39,209 bases of DNA from an uncultured bacterium (lineage in GTDB: Bacteria > CAZDME01 > JAYEMH01), in contig CAZDME010000004.1 of the NCBI GenBank assembly GCA_964506785.1, forward strand, positions 1 through 39,209. Direction: 5' to 3'. A program made the position numbers and the translations under genes. Shown in pieces: positions 30,244 through 39,208 of this stretch. Below the pieces are notes generated by a model that saw only the letters and a list, made by a program, of their open reading frames with translations, had not been told where the DNA came from and ran no database searches. The first letter of the stretch is position 1. The number at the start of each line of letters is the position of its first letter.

Positions 30244-31692
30244 TCACTTCTTAACCGACTCCACCCATTCATAGTTTAACTGAACAAAAGGAACAGCCAA
30301 ATATAATTCCAGGGCGTCTTCATAATCTGTCCCCTGGGCTATCTGTTTAAAGCTATCATAAAGAAATTTCTCTCCGTAATTTTCTACAATGTAGGATACC
30401 AAACCTAAGGCTTCCATAGAAACCAATTCTTTTAATTCTCCCGCGTTGTTATCTCTTAAAAATTCCTCCACCCTTCTTAATTTAAGGAAATTTCCTTTTT
30501 TTTCGGCTTCTTTTAGCAGGTTAACGTCGTAGGGAGCCCCGGAGAGATAAAGGGAAAAACCCTCCCTCATCCAGAAAGGGCAATTATCCCCCATGAGTAA
30601 ATCAAGGAAAAAATTGGTGCAGGCATAGGTTACCTTGGCTTCGATTTCTTTGCCGGACTTATTCTTCAGGGCCGGCAGGGAGACGACAATTTCTCCTCCA
30701 TTATAAAAAATCCCTGAAGGAATAACCGGAGAAATATCTCTTCCTCCATAAAAAATGATATTGCTGATTTTAGGCGGATAATAATGCAGCCTGGCCCCTA
30801 AATTTTCTCCGGCTTTTTTAAAGACCGCGATTAAGCTGTCAAGGCGGTTTTTCTCTTCTCTATTCAAATCATTTGGCGCTTTGAAGCAAAAAAGGGTGCC
30901 TGAATAATAGGTATCAAAGGGCTTGGCTTTATTTAAACGAAAGGCCTCTTCTAATCTGCTCTGGATGTGCCGGCTGTCAGGAAATATCTTCAATGCCTCC
31001 TGCCAAATTCTAATGGCTTCATCGTAGTTACCGTCTCGATAGTAAAATTCGCCCTCAAGAATCGGCAGTTCGGCATTTTCAGGAAACATTCTTTTGCCTT
31101 CAGCCAGCAATTCAGCCGCCAAAGCTTTCTCGCCTGATTTGAAAAGCTGTCCGCTGTAATTCAGGTAAAGCTCAATCAGGTTATCTTCGGTCACATCGTT
31201 TCCCTTATCAAGGCTATAGGCTTCCTTGAGGTATTTCATTGCCTGAGCGTAATTCTGCCGGCCGTTTTCCTGGGCCGCCAGTTCATTCAAATTAAAAATT
31301 TTATCTTCTCTTTTCTTCTTTAAATTTTGCGCGAGCTCCGCCTTTCCTTTCAACTCCTCCAAAGCCCCTTTTGCCTCCCGGCATTCCGGGTCAAGCTCTA
31401 AAGCGAGATTATAAAAAGCTTGAGCTCTTTGGCTATCGTTTCTCATTTTATATCCATCGGCTAAAAGAAGATAATTCTCTTTCGACGATGCCTCTTTTAT
31501 TGAATAAACCTCGCTTCTTTTTACATTAATACTGCCGTACCATACTTCTACCTTTATGTCCCCGGTAGTCTTCTTGACGATTCTTCCTTTGATAACCCGG
31601 CCGTTTTTTAGAAAAAGCTCATCCGCCATGACATTTAAAGGCCGGCCGAGGAAAAACAGGGCCGTTATCAAAGCTAAAGGGAAATACCTCAT
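30244..31692 (-). CDS. Exported TPR protein with degenerate peptidase-MA-like C-terminal domain
   Basis: Signal peptide, DELFLKNGRVIKGRIV domain, TPR helices, PFWMREGFSLY motif but no HExxH. Confidence 0.7.
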   Translation of the reverse strand: MRYFPLALITALFFLGRPLNVMADELFLKNGRVIKGRIVKKTTGDIKVEVWYGSINVKRSEVYSIKEASSKENYLLLADGYKMRNDSQRAQAFYNLALELDPECREAKGALEELKGKAELAQNLKKKREDKIFNLNELAAQENGRQNYAQAMKYLKEAYSLDKGNDVTEDNLIELYLNYSGQLFKSGEKALAAELLAEGKRMFPENAELPILEGEFYYRDGNYDEAIRIWQEALKIFPDSRHIQSRLEEAFRLNKAKPFDTYYSGTLFCFKAPNDLNREEKNRLDSLIAVFKKAGENLGARLHYYPPKISNIIFYGGRDISPVIPSGIFYNGGEIVVSLPALKNKSGKEIEAKVTYACTNFFLDLLMGDNCPFWMREGFSLYLSGAPYDVNLLKEAEKKGNFLKLRRVEEFLRDNNAGELKELVSMEALGLVSYIVENYGEKFLYDSFKQIAQGTDYEDALELYLAVPFVQLNYEWVESVKK

Positions 31693-32771
31693 TTTTTTAT
31701 GGCGTTTTCAATAATTTTTTGGGGAATAATCTGGATAAAAACCTTACCGATGTTTCTGGGAAGGACAAAGTTGATTTTCCCTTTTTTTACCTTTTTATCA
31801 GAAAAGATATACGGAAGCAGCTTGTTTGGTTCTTTAATCTTCAGCTCTGTCGGAAGGCCAATCCGCCTGAGGATATTAACCAGCCTTTCCTGGTCCTTCC
31901 GGGGAAAAAGCTTCATCTTCTGGGCTAACTTTCCGGCAAATACCATACCGATTGAAATCGCCTCTCCGTGCGACAACTTTTTATAATTCCCCAAGGATTC
32001 CAGGGCATGCCCCAGGGTATGTCCAAAATTCAAAATCGCCCTTAGTTTCTTTTCCCGTTCATCGCGGGAAACCACCAAAGCCTTAATCTGGCAGGATCGA
32101 AAAACCAAATGCTCCAGGCAGTCTAAATCATAATGCAGGGCTTTTCGGATATGCCGCTCCAAAAAACGAAAAAACCGGCTGTCCCAGATAACTCCGTATT
32201 TAACGACTTCGGCCAGGCCGACTTGCATCTGTTTCCGGGGCAAGGTATTAAGAAGTTCCAAATCAATCAAGACTAATTTCGGCTGATAAAAGGCGCCGAT
32301 CATATTTTTCCCTAAAGAATGGTTAATCGCCACTTTACCGCCGACACTGCTGTCTACCTGGGCCAATAAGGTAGTCGGGATTTGAACGTAAGGGATGCCG
32401 CGGGCATAACTGGCCGCGGCAAATCCGGCCAGGTCGCCGATAACCCCGCCGCCCAGGGTAACGATAAAAGAGTTCCGTTCGAAATGATGCTTCAGCAAAA
32501 CATCATAAATCTTTTTAAGCTGTTGGAAGGATTTATATTCCTCGCCGTCAGGGACGGTCTTTAGATAAATTTCGAATCCGGCCTTTTTAAAACTCTGGAG
32601 AAGCTTACGGCCGTATAGAAATTTTAGCCTGGGGTTAGTAACAATCAACCCTTTGGGGCCGAGATGCATCCTTTTAACGAATTCTGCCGTTTTACTTAAA
32701 TTTCCCCTGCCGATATTAATCGGATAGGTTCGGCTTCCCAGTTTTACGGTAAGAGATTTATTCTTTTTCAT
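31689..32771 (-). CDS. aroB: 3-dehydroquinate synthase
   Basis: DGEEYK, GGGVIGDLAGF, PTTLLAQVDSSVGGK, LNFGHTLGHALE; start at 32771 preferred. Confidence 0.97.
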   Translation of the reverse strand: MKKNKSLTVKLGSRTYPINIGRGNLSKTAEFVKRMHLGPKGLIVTNPRLKFLYGRKLLQSFKKAGFEIYLKTVPDGEEYKSFQQLKKIYDVLLKHHFERNSFIVTLGGGVIGDLAGFAAASYARGIPYVQIPTTLLAQVDSSVGGKVAINHSLGKNMIGAFYQPKLVLIDLELLNTLPRKQMQVGLAEVVKYGVIWDSRFFRFLERHIRKALHYDLDCLEHLVFRSCQIKALVVSRDEREKKLRAILNFGHTLGHALESLGNYKKLSHGEAISIGMVFAGKLAQKMKLFPRKDQERLVNILRRIGLPTELKIKEPNKLLPYIFSDKKVKKGKINFVLPRNIGKVFIQIIPQKIIENAIKK

Positions 32772-33294
32772 CCTGTTCCCCGTTTGCTGTATCCTTTTTT
32801 CTGAAAACAACAATTATTTTTTCTGCCACTTCTTCTGGCGTTAAATGAGAAGTGTCGATATGATTTTCTACCCTCTGGTAATTTTTCTCCCGCTTTTTTA
32901 AAATCTCTCTAATCGCTTCTTGCGGATTAGCCGTTTCTAAAAGCGGCCGATGTTTATGCCTCCGGGTCCTTTCGAAGATAACCTCGGGCGTTGCCTCCAG
33001 GCAGAATAACAGGCCGTCTTTTTCTAAATTCTCTATATTCTCAAAATTCAAAACCACTCCGCCCCCGGCAGAAATCACCTGATTACTCTTTCGGGAAATC
33101 TTTGCCACCATCTCTTTTTCTTTAGAACGGAAATGTTCCTCGCCAAATTGGGAAAATATCCGGCTGATGCTTGATTTCGCCTCTTTCTCTATCTCGGTAT
33201 CGATATCTACATATTCCATCTTGAGCCTCCGGGCCAATAATTTCCCCACCGCAGTTTTTCCCGTTCCCATAAACCCGAGTAGAACAATATTCAT
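32758..33294 (-). CDS. aroK: Shikimate kinase
   Basis: GFMGTGKT, GEEHFR, AGGG, RPLL. Confidence 0.96.
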   Translation of the reverse strand: MNIVLLGFMGTGKTAVGKLLARRLKMEYVDIDTEIEKEAKSSISRIFSQFGEEHFRSKEKEMVAKISRKSNQVISAGGGVVLNFENIENLEKDGLLFCLEATPEVIFERTRRHKHRPLLETANPQEAIREILKKREKNYQRVENHIDTSHLTPEEVAEKIIVVFRKKDTANGEQDEKE

Positions 33295-33310
33295 AGTTAC
33301 ATTCTAATTT

Positions 33311-33435
33311 AGAAAACAGAAATCAGAGATCAGAAGTCAGATTTTCCTCTTTCCCGATATATTACCCATAGCTGAAAACGAAAGTTATTCAGCTAAGGTA
33401 ATTTTCTGTCCTCTGTCACCTGTAATCTGTATTCT
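33311..33435. repeat. Inverted 7-mer arrays enclosing a GAAA-capped hairpin
   Basis: agaaaac agaaatc agagatc agaagtc aga ... ATTACC-ca-TAGCTGAA-AAC-gaaa-GTT-a-TTCAGCTA-a-GGTAAT ... tctgtcc tctgtca cctgtaa tctgtat tct. Confidence 0.8.
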
Positions 33436-34590
33436 TTAAAAGTCCCGAATCTGCTTTACATAATTAATAAAGTTGCTTTTTGTCTCTGAAAGGCTGTCTC
33501 CGGAAAATTTTTCCAGAAAGGCGTCTGCCAAGGTTAAAGAAACGACTGCCTCCCCCACAACCGAAGCCGCCGGCACGGCGCAGACATCGCCCCTTTCCAC
33601 CTGCGCTTTAGTCTTTTTCTTGCTGGTTAAATCCACTGAGTCTAACGGTTTTTTTAAAGATGGGATAGGTTTCATCGCGGCGCGCAAAATAATCTCTTCG
33701 CCATTGGAAATTCCCCCTTCGATACCTCCGGCCCAGTTGCTTTTATGGAAAAATCCTTTTTTGGCCTCATAAAGAATTTCGTCATGCGCCTCGGAACCCA
33801 ATCTTTCACCGACCTTGCCGCCCAAACCTATCTCTACCGCTTTAATCGCCGGGATACTCATCAAAGCTTGTGATAACCGCCCGTCCAATCTTTTATCCCA
33901 CTGGATGAAATTACCCAACCCAGCCGGGACATTCCTTACCCGGACTTCGAATTTCCCGCCTACGCTATCGCCTGAAGCTTTCGCCTCTTCTATTTTCTTC
34001 TTCATCTCTTTTTCTTTAATAGGGTTGGCGCAATTCAGCCCTGACTGCTTTTTTCGTTTGGAAATCTCTTCGAAAGAGAGGCCGTCTGTCTCTGCCTTCA
34101 CCCCGGCAATTTCTACCACCTGGCTGATTATTTCAATTTCGAATTCCTTTAAGAATAACGAGGCAACTGCCCCTAAAGCAACCCGCATCGCTGTCTCCCG
34201 GGCGCTGGCCCGCTCCAGGATATTTCGAATATCTTTTGTCTTATATTTTATCGCCCCGCTTAAATCGGCGTGCCCCGGACGAGGCGAGCTGAACTTATTA
34301 TCTAATTCTGCCTGCCAGACATCCATAATCTTTTTCCAATTCTCCCAGTCCCGGTTATTTATCAAAATAGCGATGGGACCGCCTAAAGTCATCCCGTCCC
34401 TCAGGCCAGAGATGATTTCCGCCTTATCGGCTTCGATTTTCATCCGTTCTCCCCGGCCAAAACCTGACTGTCGTCTCGTTAACTGAGCATTTATGAATTC
34501 TCCGTCTAATTTTACCCCGGCCGGAAGGCCTTCGATAATACCGACCAATCCTTTCCCGTGTGATTCACCCGCGGTAAGAAAACGCAGCAT
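33436..34590 (-). CDS. aroC: Chorismate synthase
   Basis: LTAGESHG, PRPGHAD, ERASARETA, GGIEGGISNG, MKPIP; ATG at 34590 suits the AGGAGG spacing. Confidence 0.98.
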   Translation of the reverse strand: MLRFLTAGESHGKGLVGIIEGLPAGVKLDGEFINAQLTRRQSGFGRGERMKIEADKAEIISGLRDGMTLGGPIAILINNRDWENWKKIMDVWQAELDNKFSSPRPGHADLSGAIKYKTKDIRNILERASARETAMRVALGAVASLFLKEFEIEIISQVVEIAGVKAETDGLSFEEISKRKKQSGLNCANPIKEKEMKKKIEEAKASGDSVGGKFEVRVRNVPAGLGNFIQWDKRLDGRLSQALMSIPAIKAVEIGLGGKVGERLGSEAHDEILYEAKKGFFHKSNWAGGIEGGISNGEEIILRAAMKPIPSLKKPLDSVDLTSKKKTKAQVERGDVCAVPAASVVGEAVVSLTLADAFLEKFSGDSLSETKSNFINYVKQIRDF

Positions 34591-34806
34591 TGTCATCCTC
34601 CTTTTTTCTTTATCCCGTTATTCGCCGTTCGTTTCCCGCTAAAAAACAGCCGGCTGCCCGGTGTTGTCACCAGCCGAATTTCACGATACCAAACAATACC
34701 TCTACTTGTAAAACTTTATGTCCGCCGAGGCAAAGGCGGTTTTATTTACTTGGGCGACTGCCATCAATAAATAATCACCGGTATAACTGCCAACAAAAAG
34801 CAATAA

Positions 34807-35556
34807 CTATAGCTCACCGGATCTATGTGTCAGAAATTTACTTTTTACATCCTGAATAATAATATTATTACCTCGCATTTGTTGTGGTAATATTTCGAAT
34901 TCAAATCTTGTATCGCCATTGATAATAATAGCGGCCTTGCCACCTAATACTTGACTATTTTCAGGGATCTTACGAAACATCATTTGAATTATATCAGATT
35001 TTTGAAGCATTTCGATTGGTTCGCCTACAGCTGAATGATCGGCTTGCATGTAAAAAACTCCTTTATAGACAACTTCACCTTTTCCGCTTTGCTTCGCATT
35101 TGATTGTGTATCGGAAGTCAACAATAAAGATTGGCGGTTCTTCACAAAACTCAGAAATCCACCCTCATTCATATATCGCGTAGATACTTCTTCGTCAGAC
35201 TCTATGGTAACTTCAACATTAGCTGTCGCAGATGCTATTATTTTTTTTAGAGGATTCTCTAACCCTTCGATTCTTTCAGCTAGTTTTTGTAATCTTTCTT
35301 GTTCTGAACCTGTGTATTTGTCAAGGGCAATCGTTTTGAATGGCGCAAGCTGAGTTTCTAAGCGTTGAATTTCAAAATCCTTCTTGCTCAAATTTTGTTT
35401 TAAAGTGTCTATCTCCGTTTTATATTGTTCGTTATTTTGCGCTAGTCTTGAACGATTGTAGCAAATATTCATTCCTGCGACAATTATGAGTCCGACAGCT
35501 CCAATCAATGCCGCTCGTACACCAACATATTGATACCATCTTTTTGGTTCACTCAT
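34807..35556 (-). CDS. AT-rich hypothetical membrane-anchored protein (TM + coiled coil + beta-rich domain)
   Basis: Long ORF (GTG 35580 or ATG 35556); TM AALIGAVGLIIVAGMNI; visibly lower GC than flanking genes. Confidence 0.7.
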   Translation of the reverse strand: MSEPKRWYQYVGVRAALIGAVGLIIVAGMNICYNRSRLAQNNEQYKTEIDTLKQNLSKKDFEIQRLETQLAPFKTIALDKYTGSEQERLQKLAERIEGLENPLKKIIASATANVEVTIESDEEVSTRYMNEGGFLSFVKNRQSLLLTSDTQSNAKQSGKGEVVYKGVFYMQADHSAVGEPIEMLQKSDIIQMMFRKIPENSQVLGGKAAIIINGDTRFEFEILPQQMRGNNIIIQDVKSKFLTHRSGEL

Positions 35557-35598
35557 AACTAATTTTTGCCTATAATTCACCCAAACATCAAGATTTGC

Positions 35599-35943
35599 TC
35601 AATAATTTATCAAACCAGAAAGCATCTTACAGATTTCATCCAAATTCTCTTTAAGAGTTTTGTGTTTTTCTTCACCTATTAATTTCTTCCGCTTGCATAA
35701 CTCTAAGATCGGAATACACTCAAATGCTGAACCGCGTGAAATTCTAAAAAAATTCTTCCTATCCGCTTTACTATATCTTCCATTGCCCTCAGCAATATTC
35801 GTTGAGATTGATAAAGCAGCTCGGTTCATTTGATCGACTAGATAATAATTACCTTTTGAGAACTTTTCTGTTAAATCACTAACCTCATCAGCAAAGGTGA
35901 TTGCTTTCTTATATACTTCTAAATTTTCAAACATAAAAGCCAT
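35599..35943 (-). CDS. Four-helix-bundle protein (23S rRNA IVP / TIGR02436 / Avd-like family)
   Basis: FENLEVYKKA, DQMNRAALSISTNIAEG, FFRISRGSAFEC, KMLSGLI; AAGGTGA RBS. Confidence 0.92.
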   Translation of the reverse strand: MAFMFENLEVYKKAITFADEVSDLTEKFSKGNYYLVDQMNRAALSISTNIAEGNGRYSKADRKNFFRISRGSAFECIPILELCKRKKLIGEEKHKTLKENLDEICKMLSGLINY

Positions 35944-35953
35944 GCATCACCTT

Positions 35954-36032
35954 TTGAACAATAGAACAATTGAACATTAGACCGCAATTGAGCATCGGCT
36001 CTATTGTTCTATTTTCTATTGCTCAATTGCTC
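35954..36032. repeat. Inverted 8-mer arrays directly upstream of the four-helix-bundle gene
   Basis: ttgaacaa tagaacaa ttgaacat taga..caattgagca facing gctc tattgttc tattttc tattgctc aattgctc. Confidence 0.8.
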
Positions 36033-36033
36033 T

Positions 36034-36076
36034 GCCATTTTCGAGCCTCTGGTTCGAGTCCAGGCTCGAAAATGGC
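36034..36076. repeat. Perfect 15-bp inverted repeat
   Basis: GCCATTTTCGAGCCT-ctggttcgagtcc-AGGCTCGAAAATGGC. Confidence 0.9.
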
Positions 36077-36080
36077 TGGT

Positions 36081-36112
36081 TACGAGAGACTCGAAACGAG
36101 ATACTCGATACG
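36081..36112. repeat. Degenerate 7/14-mer array after the pilD stop
   Basis: tacgaga gactcga aacgaga tactcga tacg. Confidence 0.7.
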
Positions 36113-36115
36113 CCC

Positions 36116-36898
36116 TTAGAGTGTCAAACTGTTAAATAACATCATCCCCAGTTTCTCCCAGGCAGTTAAAATCTCCTGGCCACAAAAAAGGGTCAACAGC
36201 GCCCCCAAACTTAAAAACGGGCCAAAGGGAATAACATCTCGTCTGGACTTGATTTTTAGCATAATTAAGGTCAGTCCGACTATTGAACCGATAAGCGAAG
36301 CCAAAAAGATTGCCAAAAGGCTGTTTACCGCCCCTAAAAAAGCGCCAATCATGGCCATCATTTTGATATCTCCTCCGCCCAAAACCTCCCGCCGGATAAT
36401 AAGCTGGCCGAAAAAAGACAAAAGATAAAAAATCCCTCCTCCCAACAGCAAGCCATAAAAAGAATTTACAAATGTGGAATAAAAACTCCCCGTCCAAAGC
36501 CCCAGGGCAATACCCGGGTAAGTTATTACATCCGGGATGAGTAAAAACTTCAAGTCGATAAAAGCGATTACTACCAAGGCAGCGGCAAAAAAAAGAAAAC
36601 CGAGAAACAGCCAGCTAAATTGAAACCTGGACCAGAGCAGCGCCATTAATATACCGCTGATTAGTTCGACGAAAAAATAACGGGAGGAAATTTTCTTTCC
36701 GCAGTGCCGGCAGCGCCCTTTAAGCAGGATAAAGCTTAAAAGAGGAATATTATCGAACCATCCAATCGTTTTTTTGCAATAGGGGCAGTGCGACCGCGGC
36801 CGGACGACAGATTCCCCCCGGGGGAGCCGATAGATACAAACATTCAAGAAACTCCCTATTATGGCGCCCAGCGCAAAGAAAAGTGTATATATCGGCAA
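36116..36898 (-). CDS. pilD: Prepilin peptidase/N-methyltransferase
   Basis: GSFLNVCIYRLP, CPYC/CRHC, FIDL, GGGDIK, IPFGPFL. Confidence 0.95.
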   Translation of the reverse strand: MPIYTLFFALGAIIGSFLNVCIYRLPRGESVVRPRSHCPYCKKTIGWFDNIPLLSFILLKGRCRHCGKKISSRYFFVELISGILMALLWSRFQFSWLFLGFLFFAAALVVIAFIDLKFLLIPDVITYPGIALGLWTGSFYSTFVNSFYGLLLGGGIFYLLSFFGQLIIRREVLGGGDIKMMAMIGAFLGAVNSLLAIFLASLIGSIVGLTLIMLKIKSRRDVIPFGPFLSLGALLTLFCGQEILTAWEKLGMMLFNSLTL

Positions 36899-36903
36899 AA
36901 AAA

Positions 36904-37776
36904 TTACCTCCCTCTTATAGCTTTCTCTAAGGCCTTTTTCATGATTTGGACCGGGGCTTTTTTACCCGTCCAGAGCTCGAAACAGATTGCTCCCTGATAA
37001 ACCAGCATCCCCAAGCCGTTTATGGTTCTGGCTTTCCGTTTCTCGGCCGCCGCCAATAATTTGGTTTTTGGCGGGTTATATATCACATCGCAGACCAGAT
37101 GCCTTTTTTCTAAAACAAAAGGATTGACCAGCAAAGGGTCTGTTGGCTTTAAACCGACGGAGGTAGCGTTGATTATAATGTCGGCGTCCCGAATCTTTTC
37201 GTCCAAAATGGCGCTCGGTTTCAAAAGAAAAAATTCGGTTACACTATCGGGGACGTAGCGTTTTATTCTTATGGCTAAATCCTTAGCCTCGTAAAGGACG
37301 ATATTGAAAATGCTGATTCTGCCTACTTTTGCTAAAGCCAGCTCCGTTGCAATAGCGTGGGCCGCTCCCCCGGCGCCAAGAATTACCACCTTTTTATTTT
37401 TAAGTTTTACCCGGGCCCCTTTTTCCAAGGAAGCGATGAATCCCTTACCATCGGTGTTATGGCCGATAAGCTTCCCGCGCTCCACTAAAACGGTATTAAC
37501 CGCTCCAATAACCTTAACCTCATCGGTAATCCTATCCAGAAAAGCCATCGCTCTTTTCTTGTGAGGCAGGGTTATATTTATCCCCTGGAAGCCTAACGGA
37601 ACAAGGCTATCCAAGGCCTTTTTAAGGTTTTGCGTCTGAATGTCAAAAAGAAGGTAACGGTAATTTAAGCCCAAGTGCTTAAATGCCGCCTCCTGCATTA
37701 CCGGCGAAAAACTATGTTCCACGGGATGGCCAAAAAGCCCAACCAGCTTGGTTAATTCGTCTTTTTTGTTTTGCAT
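36904..37776 (-). CDS. aroE: Shikimate dehydrogenase
   Basis: GHPVEHSFSP, NITLPHK, GAVNT, NTDG, GAGGAA, NATSVG, GLGMLVYQG. Confidence 0.96.
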   Translation of the reverse strand: MQNKKDELTKLVGLFGHPVEHSFSPVMQEAAFKHLGLNYRYLLFDIQTQNLKKALDSLVPLGFQGINITLPHKKRAMAFLDRITDEVKVIGAVNTVLVERGKLIGHNTDGKGFIASLEKGARVKLKNKKVVILGAGGAAHAIATELALAKVGRISIFNIVLYEAKDLAIRIKRYVPDSVTEFFLLKPSAILDEKIRDADIIINATSVGLKPTDPLLVNPFVLEKRHLVCDVIYNPPKTKLLAAAEKRKARTINGLGMLVYQGAICFELWTGKKAPVQIMKKALEKAIRGR

Positions 37777-37822
37777 AACCTTTTTCCCTTCAGTTCTGTT
37801 ATCTATAGCACAAGTCTCGACA

Positions 37823-37851
37823 ATTATAGCTTATATATAGAATTATGGCAA
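37823..37851 (-). promoter_or_regulatory. sigma70 promoter upstream of aroE
   Basis: TTGCCA-N17-TATAAT. Confidence 0.65.
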
Positions 37852-37895
37852 GGTTTTTTCTTTTTTTCGAAAAAAGTGTATCGGCTGGTTAATGC

Positions 37896-38801
37896 TTAAA
37901 GCTCTTTAAAAACCTTTTTATCATTGAGCGAGAACTCTTTCGGCGAGGCTTCCAGTTCCTTGGCCATTTCATAGTTTCTTTTCAGATTATGGTAGGAACC
38001 GGTCATTTTTTCATAAGAGCCGTAAGCATTACGGAGGTGGGTGCCCAGGATGGAATAAAACCCTTCAAAATCCTGAAAAAGCTTGTCTAAACGCCTGATG
38101 CTGTTTAAAACTTTAGCGGCCTCTTGACTTAATTTTTCTCCCTGCAGGCCTAATTTGATAACGTTGACAATCATTGATAAAGTGGTCGGCGAGACGATAT
38201 AGACCCCCTGGTTATTGGCCTCTCTGACCAGATTGAATTCGCTGGATATAAGGTAGTAATAAATTTCTTCCGAAGGGACATAAAGAAGCGCATGGGTCGT
38301 TGTCCCCGCCTGGGGTTGGATGTAATTCTTGACCTTCTGGACATGCGTCTTTACATCCCGCCGAAAAGCCGATTTAGCCCTTTCCTTTTCTGAATCTTCG
38401 ACGCTGGTAATGGCCCTTTGATAATTTTCAAGAGGGAATTTGGAATCGATGGGAAGCAGGCCGTCGCTCGTTTTTATGGCCGCATCCACCCGCCCGCCTT
38501 GAGAAACCTCTGCCTGCCTTAAAATTTTGTCCTGAGGCAAAGCGTCCTTAAGAACCAGCTCTAAACTAAATTCGCCAAAGGTTCCTCTCTGGGTTTTATT
38601 TCCCAGCATCTCATCGATTTTGCGATAGGCATTTTTAATATCCCGGCTGATTTCCGTCATTTCCCCCATCTTTTTTTCCAGATCAAGAAAATCCTTGAGC
38701 GAATCCTTGGTCAGGTACTTTTCCCTCCGGCTGGAAAGGATATAGACGATTAAACCCACCACCGTCAGAGAAAGGATTATTAAAAATAGATAAAGCCACA
38801 T
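37896..38801 (-). CDS. rmuC: DNA recombination protein RmuC family (short)
   Basis: N-terminal TM; QRGTFGE, PIDSKFPLENY, YVPSE, VSPTTL. Confidence 0.9.
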   Translation of the reverse strand: MWLYLFLIILSLTVVGLIVYILSSRREKYLTKDSLKDFLDLEKKMGEMTEISRDIKNAYRKIDEMLGNKTQRGTFGEFSLELVLKDALPQDKILRQAEVSQGGRVDAAIKTSDGLLPIDSKFPLENYQRAITSVEDSEKERAKSAFRRDVKTHVQKVKNYIQPQAGTTTHALLYVPSEEIYYYLISSEFNLVREANNQGVYIVSPTTLSMIVNVIKLGLQGEKLSQEAAKVLNSIRRLDKLFQDFEGFYSILGTHLRNAYGSYEKMTGSYHNLKRNYEMAKELEASPKEFSLNDKKVFKEL

Positions 38802-38806
38802 GGTTC

Positions 38807-39208
38807 TTATTTACCTTTAAATTTTTTTAACTTTTTAAACGTCTTTTTCAAATCTTCGGAAATCACCTTTGTTTTTCCCAACATCGGCATAAAATTGGTA
38901 TCCCCTTCCCAGCGGGGCACCAGATGAAGATGAACGTGCCCCAATACCCCGGCTCCGGCGATTCTGCCCGCATTTATCCCGGCGTTAAACCCTTGGGCCT
39001 TAAGTTCTTTTTTAAGAATAACCACACTCCTCTGCAGTAAATCGAAGATTTCGGATTTTTCTTTATTATTCAAATCCTCGATTTTTGCCAGATGTCGGAT
39101 GGGAGCAATCATCAAATGCCCGTGGTTATAGGGGAATTTATTTAAAATGACAAAAGAGTGTTCCCCCCGGTAAAGGATTAAATTCTTCTTATCCTTTTTT
39201 TCTTTGAG
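38807..39208 (-). CDS. HIT family hydrolase (Ap4A phosphorylase/Fhit-like), 5' truncated by window end
   Basis: Frame open to the edge: ...ILYRGEHSFVILNKFPYNHGHLMIAP...GFNAGINAG..AGAG..HVHLHLVPRWEGDTNFMP. Confidence 0.92.
   Translation of the reverse strand, partial: LKEKKDKKNLILYRGEHSFVILNKFPYNHGHLMIAPIRHLAKIEDLNNKEKSEIFDLLQRSVVILKKELKAQGFNAGINAGRIAGAGVLGHVHLHLVPRWEGDTNFMPMLGKTKVISEDLKKTFKKLKKFKGK

Noticed and set aside
33815-34486. 223-aa plus-strand ORF (and the other plus-strand ORFs in the track)
   Set aside because: Antisense shadows of well-conserved minus-strand genes; no motifs or RBS support.
35599-35943. Diversity-generating retroelement suggested by the Avd-like gene
   Set aside because: No reverse transcriptase and no TR/VR pair differing at adenines seen in the window.
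36034-36112. tRNA gene
   Set aside because: Only a T-arm-like motif; no D arm, anticodon arm or acceptor stem.
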